64,000 nt of DNA from Trichormus sp. ATA11-4-KO1 (GCA_019358915.1 JAHHIM010000012.1:66981-130980), one strand, 5' to 3'. Counted from the stretch's first letter, positions 1 to 12,367 are shown. Numbers and translations: made by a program. Notes: a model not told the origin generated them from the sequence alone.

Positions 1-582
1 TGGGATGCCGTGGAACTACCCAGTCAGTTTATGGAAAACTGGTGCTATGAGCGACCAACTTTGTTTGGCATGGCGAAGCATTATGAAACTGGTGAACCCC
101 TACCGGAGCATTATTATCAAAAACTCCTAGCGGCACGCAACTATATGAGTGGTAGTGTCACCTTGCGGCAAATCCACTTTAGCAGTGTTGATTTGGAACT
201 ACACTATCGTTATCGCCCTGGTCATGGTGAAACTGCCGCAGATGTGCGTCATCGCATTGCCAAGACTACCACTGTTTTGCCACCCCTACCAGAAGACGCT
301 TTTTTATGTGCTTTTGGACATATTTTTGGTGGTGGTTATGCCGCAGGTTACTACAGTTATAAGTGGGCTGAAGTACTAAGCGCTGATGCTTTTGCTGCTT
401 TTGAAGAAGCTGGTTTAGATAACGAAGAAGCAATAAAAGCTACAGGTAGACGCTATCGAGATACAGTACTAGCGCTTGGTGGTAGCAAGCATCCTATGGA
501 GGTGTTTCAATCTTTCCGAGGTCGTGAACCTAGTACAGTTTCGTTACTCAAGCACACCGGATTATTATCAACTGCGGCTTAA
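1..582 (+). CDS. prlC: M3 family oligopeptidase A, C-terminal part (5' end lies outside the window)
   Basis: Frame is open from base 1 ([14 protein letters not shown]). [20 protein letters not shown] and FRGREP motifs are typical of oligopeptidase A. Confidence 0.9.
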   Translation, partial: WDAVELPSQFMENWCYERPTLFGMAKHYETGEPLPEHYYQKLLAARNYMSGSVTLRQIHFSSVDLELHYRYRPGHGETAADVRHRIAKTTTVLPPLPEDAFLCAFGHIFGGGYAAGYYSYKWAEVLSADAFAAFEEAGLDNEEAIKATGRRYRDTVLALGGSKHPMEVFQSFRGREPSTVSLLKHTGLLSTAA

Positions 583-678
583 CAATTTCAGGTTAATCGA
601 CCATGCTGTAATGGTAGTGGACTGACACAGACGGAATCTAGATTCAAGGTAAATTCTTAGAGCCTTTACACTTACTTT

Positions 679-793
679 GCGTATCGCTAAAGCGTAAAGC
701 CCTGACGGGCATGGCTACGCTTACCACGAAGTGTGCCGGAGGCATAAGCTCCGCTAACGCGTAGCGTGTCGAAGACAGAAGCCGCTTTGCGTC
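679..793. repeat. Cluster of nested short dispersed repeats (Nostoc SDR-like mini-hairpins)
   Basis: GC-rich run of small hairpins (gccctgacgggc, tgccggaggca, tgtcgaagaca) in an AT-rich intergenic region. Confidence 0.55.
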
Positions 794-813
794 CATAAAT
801 CATCCCATTAATT

Positions 814-968
814 AACGTGAGTTCGACAAGTTGAAAAAACCCCTCTCCAAACCTCTCCCCTGCAAGGAGAGAGGCTTCAAAATCTTAATTTCTCGTTGAG
901 CTTTAAAGATATTTAAGCCCCTCTCCGTGTCGGAGAGGGGTTGGGGTGAGGTTCATCGAACTCACGTT
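814..968. mobile_element. MITE, 155 bp, with 13-bp perfect TIRs and a 5-bp TAATT flanking direct repeat
   Basis: AACGTGAGTTCGA (814-826) pairs with TCGAACTCACGTT (956-968). TAATT at 809-813 and 969-973. Internal hairpins such as cccctctccg-tgt-cggagagggg. No ORF. Confidence 0.8.
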
Positions 969-1003
969 TAATTAGCAATGTCAATTCAGAAAGTAGAAAA
1001 GGG

Positions 1004-1035
1004 TTGACTCTCTAGTCGACTGGAGGCTTCAGAAT
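1004..1035 (+). promoter_or_regulatory. MerR-family (ZntR/CueR-like) promoter with operator dyad in an extended spacer
   Basis: -35 TTGACT (1004-1009), 20-bp spacer containing near-perfect palindrome CTCTAGTCGACTGGAG (1010-1025), -10-like CAGAAT (1030-1035). Confidence 0.75.
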
Positions 1036-1066
1036 GAATGAGTAAGAAAAATTCCCGGTGAATATC

Positions 1067-1318
1067 ATGACAAAACGTCAAGTAGAGATTTTCATAGCTG
1101 ACTGTCCTTTGTGCGATGAGACAGTACAAATGGTGCAAGAACTAACTTGTCCTGACTGTGAAGTATCTGTCTATAAACTGCGACAAGAGCAGGAAAAAGC
1201 CCAGCAGTATGGAGTGAATGCAGTGCCTGCGATCGCTATCAATGGCAAACTTGTTTTAACTGGTAAACCAAGTCGAGAGCAACTCCAAGCTGTTGGTGTA
1301 GGTCAGCCTCTGAGTTAA
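1067..1318 (+). CDS. Small thioredoxin/glutaredoxin-fold protein
   Basis: CPLC and CPDC motifs plus GVNAVPAIAING cis-Pro motif. ATG 1067 preferred; GTG 1058 possible. Confidence 0.8.
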   Translation: MTKRQVEIFIADCPLCDETVQMVQELTCPDCEVSVYKLRQEQEKAQQYGVNAVPAIAINGKLVLTGKPSREQLQAVGVGQPLS

Positions 1319-1758
1319 ACAAGAAGGAAGAAGGAGGATCATGCTTCTTCTTTCTTCAAATCTGTTGAAGAAAAGACTTTTGCTATCGTAGTACATTTAA
1401 CATTAAAGACTGCCATAATTTAACTCTTTTATCACAAGCCTTTGCAATACTTAACTTTTATCTAAATTAAAAAAAATCAATATAGATTAAAAATAATAAC
1501 TAACATAATAATTTATGAAGTTTATTACGCTAAATTGAGAGTATGCTTAATCATTGAAGCCTAGTTCAAAGTTTGGCTACATAAATGCAAAAAACTAAAT
1601 AATCATTAATTATTTGTCATGTGTTTGAGTGCGAATAGCTAATGATTAAAAGTTTGTACCGACTTACTTACTAGGCAATTGAGCCAGGCATTGAAATATT
1701 CAACTGAGCCAAGTAATAAGAGTAAACACCAAAGCAACCTTATCTACAAGAAGTAACA

Positions 1759-2610
1759 ATGATTGAAAAAATTTTGCTAGCGGTTTCTGGCTTGGGGCAC
1801 GCAGAAGAAATGCTCAAAACCTTAAAAGAAGTGCCATCTATCCAGTCTGCAAAAGTGACAGTTTTGCATGTTGTATCTGCCCAAAGTACTGCGGCAGCGA
1901 TGACAGAAAAATGGGAAGAGGGGGGCAAAATCCTGGCTAATGCTATTCAGTCTCTGAATTTAGATCCTAGTCAGGTTTCATCAATTTTGCGGCAAGGTGA
2001 TCCCAAAGATGTGGTTTGTCAAGTAGCAGATGAAATTGATGCTGACTTAATTATTATGGGTTCACGCGGACTCAAGCGTCTACAATCCATTTTATCTAAT
2101 TCAGTTAGTCAGTATGTTTTCCAACTGTCTTCTCGCCCCATGTTGCTAGTAAAAGATGACATTTATGTCAAGAGAATTAAGCGTGTGATGGTGGCGATGG
2201 ATAACTCTGATTCTGCAAAATACTGCTTGAGTTTGGCTTTATTCTTGTTACGAGATATTCCGGGTGGTCAATTAATTTTGACTAATGTGACTACAGATTT
2301 GCGTGGTAAAGTATCTGAAGTTACTGAAATCATCCCCGACAAAAATACAGTTTTGGCAGCAGCAGTTGCGGAAGCACAAAAGTATGGTGTACAAACTCGT
2401 TGTGTTACCAGTAGTGGCAAACCTGGAGAAGAAATTTGCCGTCTAGCAGAAGAGTTAAACATAGACTTATTATTGCTCGGATCTCCAGATCGTCGCCCAT
2501 CAGTAGCTAAGAGTTTTGTGGATATAGACCGACTAATAGGTGCTTCTTTGTCTGATTATGTTCGAGTTAATGCCACTTGTCCAGTGTTGTTGGCGCGAAC
2601 ACTCGCTTAA
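1759..2610 (+). CDS. Universal stress protein, tandem USP domains
   Basis: KILLAV start, GDPKDVVCQVADEIDADLIIMGSRG, second domain ending CPVLL. Confidence 0.9.
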   Translation: MIEKILLAVSGLGHAEEMLKTLKEVPSIQSAKVTVLHVVSAQSTAAAMTEKWEEGGKILANAIQSLNLDPSQVSSILRQGDPKDVVCQVADEIDADLIIMGSRGLKRLQSILSNSVSQYVFQLSSRPMLLVKDDIYVKRIKRVMVAMDNSDSAKYCLSLALFLLRDIPGGQLILTNVTTDLRGKVSEVTEIIPDKNTVLAAAVAEAQKYGVQTRCVTSSGKPGEEICRLAEELNIDLLLLGSPDRRPSVAKSFVDIDRLIGASLSDYVRVNATCPVLLARTLA

Positions 2611-2635
2611 CATCACACTAAATTTAGTGATTGAT

Positions 2636-2678
2636 AAACAAAAACCCCTGCACCAAAGGTGTTGGGGTTGTTTGTTTT
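2636..2678. terminator. Probable bidirectional intrinsic terminator between the USP gene and psbM
   Basis: aacccc-tg-cacc-aaa-ggtg-tt-ggggtt stem flanked by A and T runs, between convergent genes. Confidence 0.55.
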
Positions 2679-2690
2679 ATACAAAAAGTA

Positions 2691-2807
2691 TCAAGAATCT
2701 TTTCCACCTTCGCGGCTAGCAGTTTGGATGTAAAGAACTATTAAAAACACTGCGGGAACTAGTACGAACAGAATGCTCGCTACGAACCCTAGGTCATTAA
2801 CTTGCAT
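2691..2807 (-). CDS. psbM: Photosystem II reaction centre protein M (not in the ORF track)
   Basis: Translated by hand: [38 protein letters not shown] (38 aa). Confidence 0.95.
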   Translation of the reverse strand: MQVNDLGFVASILFVLVPAVFLIVLYIQTASREGGKDS

Positions 2808-2942
2808 AGCAAGAAAGCCTCTCTTTGATTGTAGTTTCCAGTCAACAATTTTAGAATAGCATTATCAATGCCAGTGTTAGCTCAAATTTTTTACTTTCGA
2901 TTTTGCCAGAGCTAAGGTCAGATTCATCCCATATGTGAGAAG

Positions 2943-3239
2943 TTAGGGTTTGGTTATTATACTGACTGGCCCATTTACTAAAGTTTGACAGGCGAGGCGG
3001 TAATTGTCGGGCTTTTTCCTAAATTTTCGTTGTTCTACATCTGTACGAGGGGAAAGATTTTCTATGCCTTCAACTATCTCCACAATGCAAGTACCACATT
3101 GACCATTGCCACCGCAATTCGTCATCTTGCCAAGTAACTTATATATATCAATGCCATTTTGCATGGCTTTGAGCCGAAGATTAGCCCCATCCGCCGCTAT
3201 GACTTCTTTGTTTTCTTTGACAAATTTGATGTTACCCAT
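2943..3239 (-). CDS. 2Fe-2S ferredoxin-like protein
   Basis: [10 protein letters not shown] ... RLACQ cysteine pattern. Confidence 0.9.
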   Translation of the reverse strand: MGNIKFVKENKEVIAADGANLRLKAMQNGIDIYKLLGKMTNCGGNGQCGTCIVEIVEGIENLSPRTDVEQRKFRKKPDNYRLACQTLVNGPVSIITKP

Positions 3240-3375
3240 AGCTGATTGATACCTCGTTAACTGTAGCGTAGCTGGAAAAGCTGAGTTTAGATATATTCTG
3301 TAAACTATCCTACTTAATTTATGGCAATTTATTACAAAATATAAAGAAATATCAAGTTTAAAAATAAGAGATAGC

Positions 3376-3407
3376 CAAAAAAATAGGACAGGTAAGATAC
3401 CTGTCCC
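3376..3407 (-). terminator. Intrinsic terminator downstream of psbK
   Basis: ggacaggta/tacctgtcc 9-bp stem followed by a T tract on the minus strand. Confidence 0.65.
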
Positions 3408-3428
3408 ATCAATCGGTAATGAGTTAAC

Positions 3429-3566
3429 TTACCTGAAACCAACAGCTGCTTGCCATACAAAAGCCAGCAACAAGAAGAAGACGGGAATAATTGGGAGAAC
3501 ATCTACCAAGGGGTCGAAAATTTGGTAAGCTTCAGGTAATTTTGCTAACAACAATGCTGCTTCCAT
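3429..3566 (-). CDS. psbK: Photosystem II reaction centre protein K (not in the ORF track)
   Basis: Translated by hand: [45 protein letters not shown] (45 aa). Confidence 0.97.
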   Translation of the reverse strand: MEAALLLAKLPEAYQIFDPLVDVLPIIPVFFLLLAFVWQAAVGFR

Positions 3567-3670
3567 GTTCGTTTAAATCCACCTAATCCAACACAGTTTT
3601 CATAATTGAGATGTATCTTAACATGGTTTAGTCAGTCCTGAATCCTGAGTAAAGTTGAGATTATTAATAC

Positions 3671-4813
<1,143 letters not shown>

Positions 4814-4921
4814 CTAACATATGGACAAATGTAAAAACTGGTAATTGATTTTTAGTGAGATTTAACTACTCATCACTAAACCCTTACCAACTTTTTGAGT
4901 ATAAGCTCTCTCAGTTGCTAT

Positions 4922-5395
4922 TTAAAATGAATCAGAACAGTCATCGTCAATTTCCGCATCCCACTTGGCTGAGAAAACTTGCTCCATCATCGCTTCAATG
5001 GCACTCATATTCAAGTTTCGCTCTTTGCGCTCTTGTATGGGAGTCGAGAGGGGAATCAACCGTAAACACATACCTTCTTGCGTCAAATCAAAGTAGGTTT
5101 CTTGTTGTGGTGATTGTTTTAGTTCCAGGTAATCAAAACTATAAACATTTAAGTAAAGCGCACAGTTAGCAACTAAAGTAGACCGTTGCGGATTGACAAA
5201 CACTTCCATTACATCCCCTTCACCCTCACTCTGTATTTTGCCTTCTTGGGTGTAGATGTAGTGTACTCGACCTAAATCACACAGCAATCGCCGCATGTCG
5301 AGCTTATTCACAATTATTCCCGTGTTAACAATGCACGGAGCTGGTATCCTGGTGTCGGGTAGATGTTGACTCATAGGAAAATAGGAGATAAGCAA
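4922..5395 (-). CDS. Conserved hypothetical protein
   Basis: 157-aa ORF with protein-like composition, co-oriented with tgt; start may be the second Met. No motif recognised. Confidence 0.6.
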   Translation of the reverse strand: MLISYFPMSQHLPDTRIPAPCIVNTGIIVNKLDMRRLLCDLGRVHYIYTQEGKIQSEGEGDVMEVFVNPQRSTLVANCALYLNVYSFDYLELKQSPQQETYFDLTQEGMCLRLIPLSTPIQERKERNLNMSAIEAMMEQVFSAKWDAEIDDDCSDSF

Positions 5396-5732
5396 AGGTG
5401 AGGTACAACATAGCTAAATAGTCAATTTAACAGCTTGTTGGCCCCCTACATTTTAAAAAATATCAACTTTGGAGGGCGATCGTCTAATAAATCCAGAGTA
5501 AGTTATTAATTGAAGAATGCAAAACCCAATTCTCTGATGAAACTTTAGCTTGCTTACTTTGCGGCATTATGTTACAATCAGCACTCTATAAATAATATAT
5601 TACTGAGACCAGCATAACAAACTTTTTTCCATGAGTCTCTAGTCAAAAGTAATCTTATCTAAAGCTTTAAAATCTCCTACGACTGCTTGGGCGGGAATTG
5701 TTAACCACATTCCGCCAGCCATTTTAAGTATT

Positions 5733-6524
5733 GTGACTAACATGACGAATCAGCCTCAATGGTGGAAGTGGTGGAAACAACTATTATTTAATTTATTAGC
5801 TAGTATAATATTTTACAGTGTAATTCCTTTGCCTGATATAAATGGGCTGGAATTTCGTCAGGTAGCACATTTTGCCCCACTAGTAGGGTTACTGATTGGG
5901 GGAATTTTAGGGCTATGTGATGCAGGAATGAATTATCTGGGAATGCCAGTACTAACTCGTAGCGCGTTGATAGTGTGCGTTTGGATAGCTTTGACTGGAG
6001 GATTGCACTTAGATGGGGCAATGGATACTGCTGATGGTTTGGCAGTAGGTGACCCAGAAAGACGACTGGAAGTGATGGCAGATAGTGCTACAGGTGCATT
6101 TGGGGCAATGACAGCGATTGCCCTAATATTACTAAAAACCACAGCTTTAACAGATATCGAACAAAACCGTTGGCTAGTACTGATGGCAGCTTGCGGGTGG
6201 GGACGTTGGGGACAACAACTAGCGATCGCCCGATATCCTTACCTCAAACCTACTGGTAAAGGCGCATTTCACAAAGAAGCTATTCGTTCCTACAAGGATT
6301 TATTACCAGGACTGTTGTTACTATTGAGTTTAAGTGCCTTACTTTGGCTATTAAATGCTAAGTACTTATTTTTCGCCCTCAGCATGATTTTAGCTGGCAG
6401 CGCGATCGCTACACTCACCGGCGCGTGGTTCCATCACAAATTAGGCGGACACACAGGTGATACCTATGGCGCAGTTGTTGAGTGGACTGAAGCCTTATTT
6501 CTCTGTGTTTTGACCATTTTTTAG
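5733..6524 (+). CDS. cobS: Adenosylcobinamide-GDP ribazoletransferase (cobalamin synthase)
   Basis: [15 protein letters not shown] and [10 protein letters not shown] motifs; multi-TM. Confidence 0.95.
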   Translation: MTNMTNQPQWWKWWKQLLFNLLASIIFYSVIPLPDINGLEFRQVAHFAPLVGLLIGGILGLCDAGMNYLGMPVLTRSALIVCVWIALTGGLHLDGAMDTADGLAVGDPERRLEVMADSATGAFGAMTAIALILLKTTALTDIEQNRWLVLMAACGWGRWGQQLAIARYPYLKPTGKGAFHKEAIRSYKDLLPGLLLLLSLSALLWLLNAKYLFFALSMILAGSAIATLTGAWFHHKLGGHTGDTYGAVVEWTEALFLCVLTIF

Positions 6525-6572
6525 AAACTTGGGGAGTAGGGAGTAGAGGAAGATAGATAACCTTTAACTCCA

Positions 6573-6604
6573 CACTCAGCACTCAGCACTCAGCACTCAG
6601 CACT
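6573..6604. repeat. STRR heptamer tandem array (CACTCAG)x4+
   Basis: Read directly; the same unit recurs near 26622, 46587, 55994 and 58288. Confidence 0.9.
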
Positions 6605-7081
6605 TCATTTAACTGGTTGCAGCTTTGTCACCTTGAGTTTGAAAGCCCCAACTCCAGTTTCCCCAAAAGACCGCACACGAATAATATACGTTCCTGTCTC
6701 TACGATGCGGGTAAATAGTAGGGAATTGCTGGTACCATCGGGGCCATCATCATTTTCTGCTACTGTCGATCCATTAGGAGCTAACAGTGTGATGATGGTA
6801 TCAAAGTTATCAGAAGATAAATCAATTACTAAATTATCACCCTTACTCAATTGCACAGTATAATCACGAGCGAAACCACCCTGACCTGTGGGAATGTCTT
6901 TATCTGAGAGTGTGTCGGAAAATTCAATACTGGGAGATAAAGGAATTGGACTATACAATTTATTTTGAGCAAATGTTGCTCTTGGATTGATATTAATTGC
7001 CAGCAAAGTGGCAGGAACAATAATTATTTGTCTTAAACTCGTCGCAAAAGCTTTACTGATCATTTCCAGCAGTATTCCCAC
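6605..7081 (-). CDS. Secreted PPC (pre-peptidase C-terminal) domain protein
   Basis: Signal-like N-terminus; FDTIITLLAPNG...ENDD...GTYIIRV pattern. Confidence 0.8.
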   Translation of the reverse strand: MGILLEMISKAFATSLRQIIIVPATLLAININPRATFAQNKLYSPIPLSPSIEFSDTLSDKDIPTGQGGFARDYTVQLSKGDNLVIDLSSDNFDTIITLLAPNGSTVAENDDGPDGTSNSLLFTRIVETGTYIIRVRSFGETGVGAFKLKVTKLQPVK

Positions 7082-7128
7082 AAAAACAGGGTAGTCGGTT
7101 AATTATAGTTTTCTTCGCTATGGCTTGC

Positions 7129-7827
7129 CTATGAATTCTTAATGTGTCGGTTTTTTACGGCTGTAGCCACGGCTGCTAAACCTAAAACAGCAATTCCCTG
7201 CTGACGAAGTGTTTGCACAGCAGACTTAGCTGTAGCACCGGTAGTGTAAATGTCGTCAATTAACAACACTGGGATATTTAGATAATGAGTGCGTAATTCT
7301 TGCCCCACAGCAAAAGCTTCAGTCAAATTGTTTTCTCGCTCAGACACTGATAAACCAAACTGGGCTTTAGTTTCTCGCACTCTTTCTAAACCGTTAATTT
7401 TTAATTTTAACCCTGTTGTGCAACAGAAACTTTGGGCTATTAGTGCAGCTTGGTTATAACCGCGTTGTTTTTGCTTGCTGCTATGGAGTGGGATGGGGAT
7501 TACTAAAGGCTGTTGTTTGCCCTTGCAGGCATTTGATAACCATGCTTCTCCTAACCATTGACCCAAAGGGCGGGCTATTTGGGGCTGATTTTCGTATTTC
7601 ATGACAGCGATCGCCCGTTTAAGCAGTCCACCATACACCCCCCAGCCTAATACTGGTATTGGTGCTTGCCACAAAGACATGGGGTCTTTTTGATGGCAGT
7701 TTTGTAATTGCCTAGCACAGTATGGACAAAATTCACCAGATGTATGTCTTTGACATAGAGGACAATTGGATTGCAGAAAAAGATTGAGAAAACCTTTGAG
7801 ATTTTTAGTCCAAGTGTTGCGTGTCAC
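7129..7827 (-). CDS. comF: ComF family competence protein
   Basis: N-terminal CPLC/CPYC zinc ribbon, RGYNQA, PRTase motif LIDDIYTTGAT. Confidence 0.9.
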   Translation of the reverse strand: MTRNTWTKNLKGFLNLFLQSNCPLCQRHTSGEFCPYCARQLQNCHQKDPMSLWQAPIPVLGWGVYGGLLKRAIAVMKYENQPQIARPLGQWLGEAWLSNACKGKQQPLVIPIPLHSSKQKQRGYNQAALIAQSFCCTTGLKLKINGLERVRETKAQFGLSVSERENNLTEAFAVGQELRTHYLNIPVLLIDDIYTTGATAKSAVQTLRQQGIAVLGLAAVATAVKNRHIKNS

Positions 7828-7959
7828 GTTGTTTGTTGTTGTGCCAGATCATAGCCAGCCAAAATAAAAAGCTGATAATGCTTGTATAAATAGCATCATA
7901 GCCTCTTTTTTTTCTCAGAGCATAGACCAAAAGGTTACCACTTGCAAAAGAGCGATCGC

Positions 7960-8418
7960 CTACAACACACTGAGATAAGTTTGTTCAGAATCCATCGGCA
8001 AAACCCGTAATTTGCGATTTTTGAGGTCTGGTTCTAACCCTAAAACTTCCATTGGTGTCACACCCAAAAGGGCATAAGGTACTTCTGTCAGTTCCAAACA
8101 GTCAAAAGTCCCTTGCCGTTCTCCAATACTTAGTTCAACGTCTCGAAAAATTCTCCCTTGTTGCACTCCGGCCGCAGTCTCTACCTTGGCTTCTCCACCT
8201 TGAACCAAACCTAGTTGATTAATGATGTTAGCAGGTAAGCACAACAACGTTGCACCAGTATCAACTAAGGCATCACTCAGTATACAAGTGCGAACTTCTT
8301 CTGGAGAAATAAAGCCTCGCTGGGCTAAAACTTGATCTATTCGATTCGTGACAGTGAGGGTAACTATTACTTGCCTCATGTGCTTACCCTCAAGATTCGG
8401 CAGTACCAACCTACCCAT
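7960..8418 (-). CDS. Clan AA (retropepsin-like) aspartyl protease
   Basis: ALVDTGAT catalytic motif and LLG flap motif; start may be the second Met (MRQV). Confidence 0.8.
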   Translation of the reverse strand: MGRLVLPNLEGKHMRQVIVTLTVTNRIDQVLAQRGFISPEEVRTCILSDALVDTGATLLCLPANIINQLGLVQGGEAKVETAAGVQQGRIFRDVELSIGERQGTFDCLELTEVPYALLGVTPMEVLGLEPDLKNRKLRVLPMDSEQTYLSVL

Positions 8419-8561
8419 TTCAGCTACCCCTGAAAATATAGTATTTTGCAGAAAAACGCAAAGGCACTCAAAAAACTCTCCGCGCCTTTGCGCGGCAGTC
8501 GCTATAAGTCGGGGAACCCACCCAACGCGCTGCCTTGTCTTTGCGTGAAATATTTTCTCTT

Positions 8562-11354
8562 TTACACCATCTCAGATGAAGTTTGTACCATCGGCTGAGG
8601 CTGCGGCTGGAACATGAACAACGAGTAAACCACATCTCGGCGGATGTTGACCATCATATCCAAGAACAGTTCATAACCCTCGCTCTTGTATTCAATCAAC
8701 GGATCTTTTTGTCCATAACCACGTAATCCTACGGATTCGCGTAAGGCATCCATTTGTTGCAGGTGTTCCCGCCACAGGGTATCAATGCGTTGCAAAATAA
8801 AGAAGCGTTCAGCTTGTCGCATCAGTCCGGGCTGAATTTGGTCAATTTGTGCTTCCTTGAGGTCGTAGGCAATTCGCACCTGTTCGTGGAGGAAAGCCTT
8901 AATCTCACTCACAGACATATCTTCTAATTGACTTGCTTGCATATCTGCTAGCAGATAGACAAACTCCTTCACTTTCTCTACCAACTTTTCTAATTCCCAC
9001 TCTTCCGAGGGCAAGTCTGGGTTGATATAGAAATCAACGATGTCATCCATCGTTTTTTCGGCGTACTTAATTACCTGTTCTTTCAAGTCGTGACCTTCTA
9101 ACACCCGACGACGTTCGGCGTAGATGGCGCGACGTTGGTTGTTCATTACCTCGTCGTACTCAAACACCTGTTTACGGATGTCGTAGTAGTAGGTTTCAAC
9201 TTTTTTCTGTGCGCCTTCCAAACTGCGAGTCAGCATTCCCGATTCGATGGGCATATCTTCTTCCACTTGGAAGGCATTCATCAACCCAGCAACGCGATCG
9301 CCGCCAAAGATTCGCAGTAAGTTATCTTCTAAACTGAGGAAAAATCGTGTGGAACCAGGGTCACCTTGTCGTCCCGCACGTCCCCGTAATTGGTTGTCAA
9401 TTCGGCGTGATTCGTGGCGTTCTGTACCAATTACGTGCAAACCGCCCAATTCTATGACTTCGTTGTGTTCTCGTTCGGTGAATTCTTCGTACTCTTGCTT
9501 CACACGGTTGTACGCTTCCCGCAATCTCTGAATCACGGGGTCGTTGGTGGGAGCTTTTTCTGCCGCCACAGCTATCTTATCTTCTGCTTCTAGTTCCGGT
9601 AAGCTGCGTTCACCATACTCCCGTACTGCCACTTCTACGGCTGCTTTCAATAACTGTTCTGTTTCTTTGGAGAGTTGGGTGGGGAAAATTTCCGGGGAAG
9701 CGCGCCAAGTTTTGACTTTTTTACCAGGTACAAAACCTTGACCGCCACCGTGTCCTGTGGGCAAACCAGCCGCCCTTTGCACGCCGAATACATCTTCATC
9801 TTCTGGCATAACAATTCGCGGCATGATATATTCCCGCAGCTTCAGACGCGCCATGTATTCGGAGTTACCACCAAGGATGATATCTGTACCCCGACCAGCC
9901 ATGTTGGTGGCAATGGTCACAGCACCCCTGCGACCTGCTTGGGCAACAATTTCTGCTTCCCGTTCCACGTTCTCTGGTCTGGCGTTCAGCAATTCGTGGG
10001 GAATCTCCATCTGCTGAAGCAGATGGCTGAGATATTCGGATTTTTCTACACTAGTGGTTCCTACCAGGACTGGTCTGCCGAGTTGGTGCATTTCGGCACA
10101 TTCTCCTGCGATCGCTCGCCACTTTCCTGCCTCGGTCTTAAATACCATGTCGGCCAAGTCTTGGCGTTTTCTCGTGCGGTTGGTAGGAATTACCGCGACT
10201 TCCAACTTATAGATTTTTTCAAATTCTGGTTCTTCTGTCTTCGCCGTTCCCGTCATTCCTCCAAGTTTGGGATAAAGTAAGAACAAATTTTGATAAGTAA
10301 TTGTCGCTAGTGTTTGAGTTTCCGGTTGAATATCTACGTGTTCTTTGGCTTCAATTGCTTGGTGTAGACCATCACTCCAACGCCTTCCTGGTAGCACCCG
10401 TCCGGTAAATTCATCCACAATTACCACTTCACCGTTGCGGACGATATAATTTACGTCCTTTAGGAACAATTCCTTAGCTTTAATGGCGTTGAACATGAAA
10501 TGCGCCCACGGATCGTCTGGGTCAAATAAATCTGTAACTCCCAAAAGATTTTCTGATTCCGCAAAGCCATCATCAGTTAACAGCACGTTACGAGCTTTTT
10601 CATCCACTTCGTAGTGCTCATCTTTTTTGAGAGTAAATGCAATTTCGGCTGCTCGGAGATATTTTTCTGTGGGTCTTTCGACTTGACCGGAAATAATGAG
10701 CGGTGTCCGCGCCTCATCAATTAAAATCGAATCTACTTCGTCAATTACACAATAATTAAACGGGCGTTGCACTACATCAGCCATTGATGTTGCCATGTTA
10801 TCCCGCAGGTAGTCAAAGCCTACTTCACTGTTGGTAACATAGGTGATGTCGCACTCATAGTTTTTCTGGCGTTCACTGGGAGTCATACTCGCCTGAATTA
10901 GCCCCACACTCAACCCCAGGAAGCGATGCACCTGCCCCATCCATTCCGCGTCCCGACGAGCTAGGTAATCGTTCACGGTAACTACGTGTACACCTTTGCC
11001 ATTTAGGGCATTTAAATAACTTGGTAAGGTGGCAACCAGGGTTTTTCCTTCCCCAGTTTTCATTTCCGCAATTTGCCCTGAGTGGAGAATGATACCGCCT
11101 AACAGCTGGACATCAAAATGCCGCAACCCCAAGACTCGCCTTCCTGCCTCTCTGACCACAGCAAAAGCTTCCGGCAGGATATCTTCTAGGGTTTCGCCAT
11201 TAGCAAGTCGCTGTTTAAACTCTGCTGTTTTGCCTTTTAGATCCTCATCGGAAAGGGCGTTAATGTCTTCCTCTAAGAGGTTAATTTCTGTAATGTAAGG
11301 TTGGTATTTTTTCAGCTTACGAGCGTTGGGATCGCCCAACAAGAGTTTTAGCAT
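8562..11354 (-). CDS. secA: Preprotein translocase ATPase SecA
   Basis: [46 protein letters not shown]; carries the cyanobacterial insertion. Confidence 0.99.
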   Translation of the reverse strand: MLKLLLGDPNARKLKKYQPYITEINLLEEDINALSDEDLKGKTAEFKQRLANGETLEDILPEAFAVVREAGRRVLGLRHFDVQLLGGIILHSGQIAEMKTGEGKTLVATLPSYLNALNGKGVHVVTVNDYLARRDAEWMGQVHRFLGLSVGLIQASMTPSERQKNYECDITYVTNSEVGFDYLRDNMATSMADVVQRPFNYCVIDEVDSILIDEARTPLIISGQVERPTEKYLRAAEIAFTLKKDEHYEVDEKARNVLLTDDGFAESENLLGVTDLFDPDDPWAHFMFNAIKAKELFLKDVNYIVRNGEVVIVDEFTGRVLPGRRWSDGLHQAIEAKEHVDIQPETQTLATITYQNLFLLYPKLGGMTGTAKTEEPEFEKIYKLEVAVIPTNRTRKRQDLADMVFKTEAGKWRAIAGECAEMHQLGRPVLVGTTSVEKSEYLSHLLQQMEIPHELLNARPENVEREAEIVAQAGRRGAVTIATNMAGRGTDIILGGNSEYMARLKLREYIMPRIVMPEDEDVFGVQRAAGLPTGHGGGQGFVPGKKVKTWRASPEIFPTQLSKETEQLLKAAVEVAVREYGERSLPELEAEDKIAVAAEKAPTNDPVIQRLREAYNRVKQEYEEFTEREHNEVIELGGLHVIGTERHESRRIDNQLRGRAGRQGDPGSTRFFLSLEDNLLRIFGGDRVAGLMNAFQVEEDMPIESGMLTRSLEGAQKKVETYYYDIRKQVFEYDEVMNNQRRAIYAERRRVLEGHDLKEQVIKYAEKTMDDIVDFYINPDLPSEEWELEKLVEKVKEFVYLLADMQASQLEDMSVSEIKAFLHEQVRIAYDLKEAQIDQIQPGLMRQAERFFILQRIDTLWREHLQQMDALRESVGLRGYGQKDPLIEYKSEGYELFLDMMVNIRRDVVYSLFMFQPQPQPMVQTSSEMV

Positions 11355-11658
11355 GGCAGGTTATGGAACTAAATCAAGGGGGACTGGGATTAAAGTTTTG
11401 GTATTGATTATAAGAATTTAACCCAACCCAGGACTTTAGGTTATGGATGGGTTGAAAGCGAGATTAACTCAAAAACCGCAAAAGGCAGATCCAATCATTT
11501 AATGAACTGATTGGTTTTATTTCATAGTTTAAATTTACAACTCCTTTAATAGTATCATTTCGCCTTCAACTGAGTCAGAGAAGGCCAAGCATGTTGGAGC
11601 AGGGGAGGCAGAGGGTTAGGGGAAGCAATATTGATCATTATTCCCCTTCTTCCCTTGT

Positions 11659-12201
11659 CTACTTCGCTTCCCACTCTGGGTCGAGGCGGCGGAAATTGTA
11701 TTCACTCGCACTGGGATGACAACTGACGCAACTACTAACTTGAACAGGGCGCGGGAGTTCGACTTGGGGATGTAATGCTTTGAAATAACGGGATTGGTTG
11801 ACGCGATAGGGTGTTGCTTCGTCTTTTAGACGTACACGAGAGAAAGTTGCAAGATATCTCCAAACAAGCATCCGGGGCGGATCAATTAAAGGTTTGAGTT
11901 GTACACCGTAGTGCTGTGAATCTTGGAGAAGATTTTTCCAAGTTTGGGAGGGGAAAACCTCTGGAGGAATAGCAATGTGACAGGTAGAGCAATTATCGAG
12001 ATACAGTTGTTTCCCTAACTGGTACTGCACAGGTACTATGTCAACCGTGCCAATTTCTGTAGGAGTAGCACTGTGGGCGCTAGTTCCCCAGGAAAGAAGC
12101 CAGCCCATAGCTAGACTCCAAGCTAAAATTACCATAAGTAAACCGATGGGACGGCGTTTGAGTTGACGATCGCGGGATTTACGCTTCACAAGATTTGACA
12201 T
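11659..12201 (-). CDS. Diheme cytochrome c (DHC-like), exported
   Basis: Signal/TM segment and two CxxCH motifs (CSTCH, CVSCH). Confidence 0.8.
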   Translation of the reverse strand: MSNLVKRKSRDRQLKRRPIGLLMVILAWSLAMGWLLSWGTSAHSATPTEIGTVDIVPVQYQLGKQLYLDNCSTCHIAIPPEVFPSQTWKNLLQDSQHYGVQLKPLIDPPRMLVWRYLATFSRVRLKDEATPYRVNQSRYFKALHPQVELPRPVQVSSCVSCHPSASEYNFRRLDPEWEAK

Positions 12202-12244
12202 TCCTCACATTCCCAGATTTTATGTAGCGCTGGTAACTAAATCA

Positions 12245-12367
12245 TAGGACTTACACAGGCTTGGTGGTGTTTCGGATTTTAGGTAAATAATGTAACAGGT
12301 TTAATCAATCACGGTTAGGGTCGGGAGTGGGAGTGATGTAGTTTAACGAAGTCAGAGGGAGGATCAT
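12245..12367 (-). mobile_element. Probable IS end remnant abutting the truncated dehydratase
   Basis: TAGGACTTACACA (12245-12257) resembles the TAGGACTTACGCA terminal repeat I recall from cyanobacterial IS/MITEs. No partner end seen in the window. Confidence 0.4.

Noticed and set aside
5400..5730. Cobalamin riboswitch upstream of cobS
   Set aside because: No recognisable B12-box or conserved core, only a small hairpin.
6573..6604. Heptamer arrays as CRISPR
   Set aside because: Spacer-less 7-bp tandem units, i.e. ordinary STRRs.
9135..11298. Antisense ORFs inside secA, and similar short overlapping ORFs throughout the track
   Set aside because: Shadow frames of well-supported genes, with no motifs or RBS.
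11355..11560. SecM-like leader peptide upstream of secA
   Set aside because: The only ATG near an RBS (11525, minus strand) reads Met-Lys-stop. Two hairpins are present but cannot be assigned.
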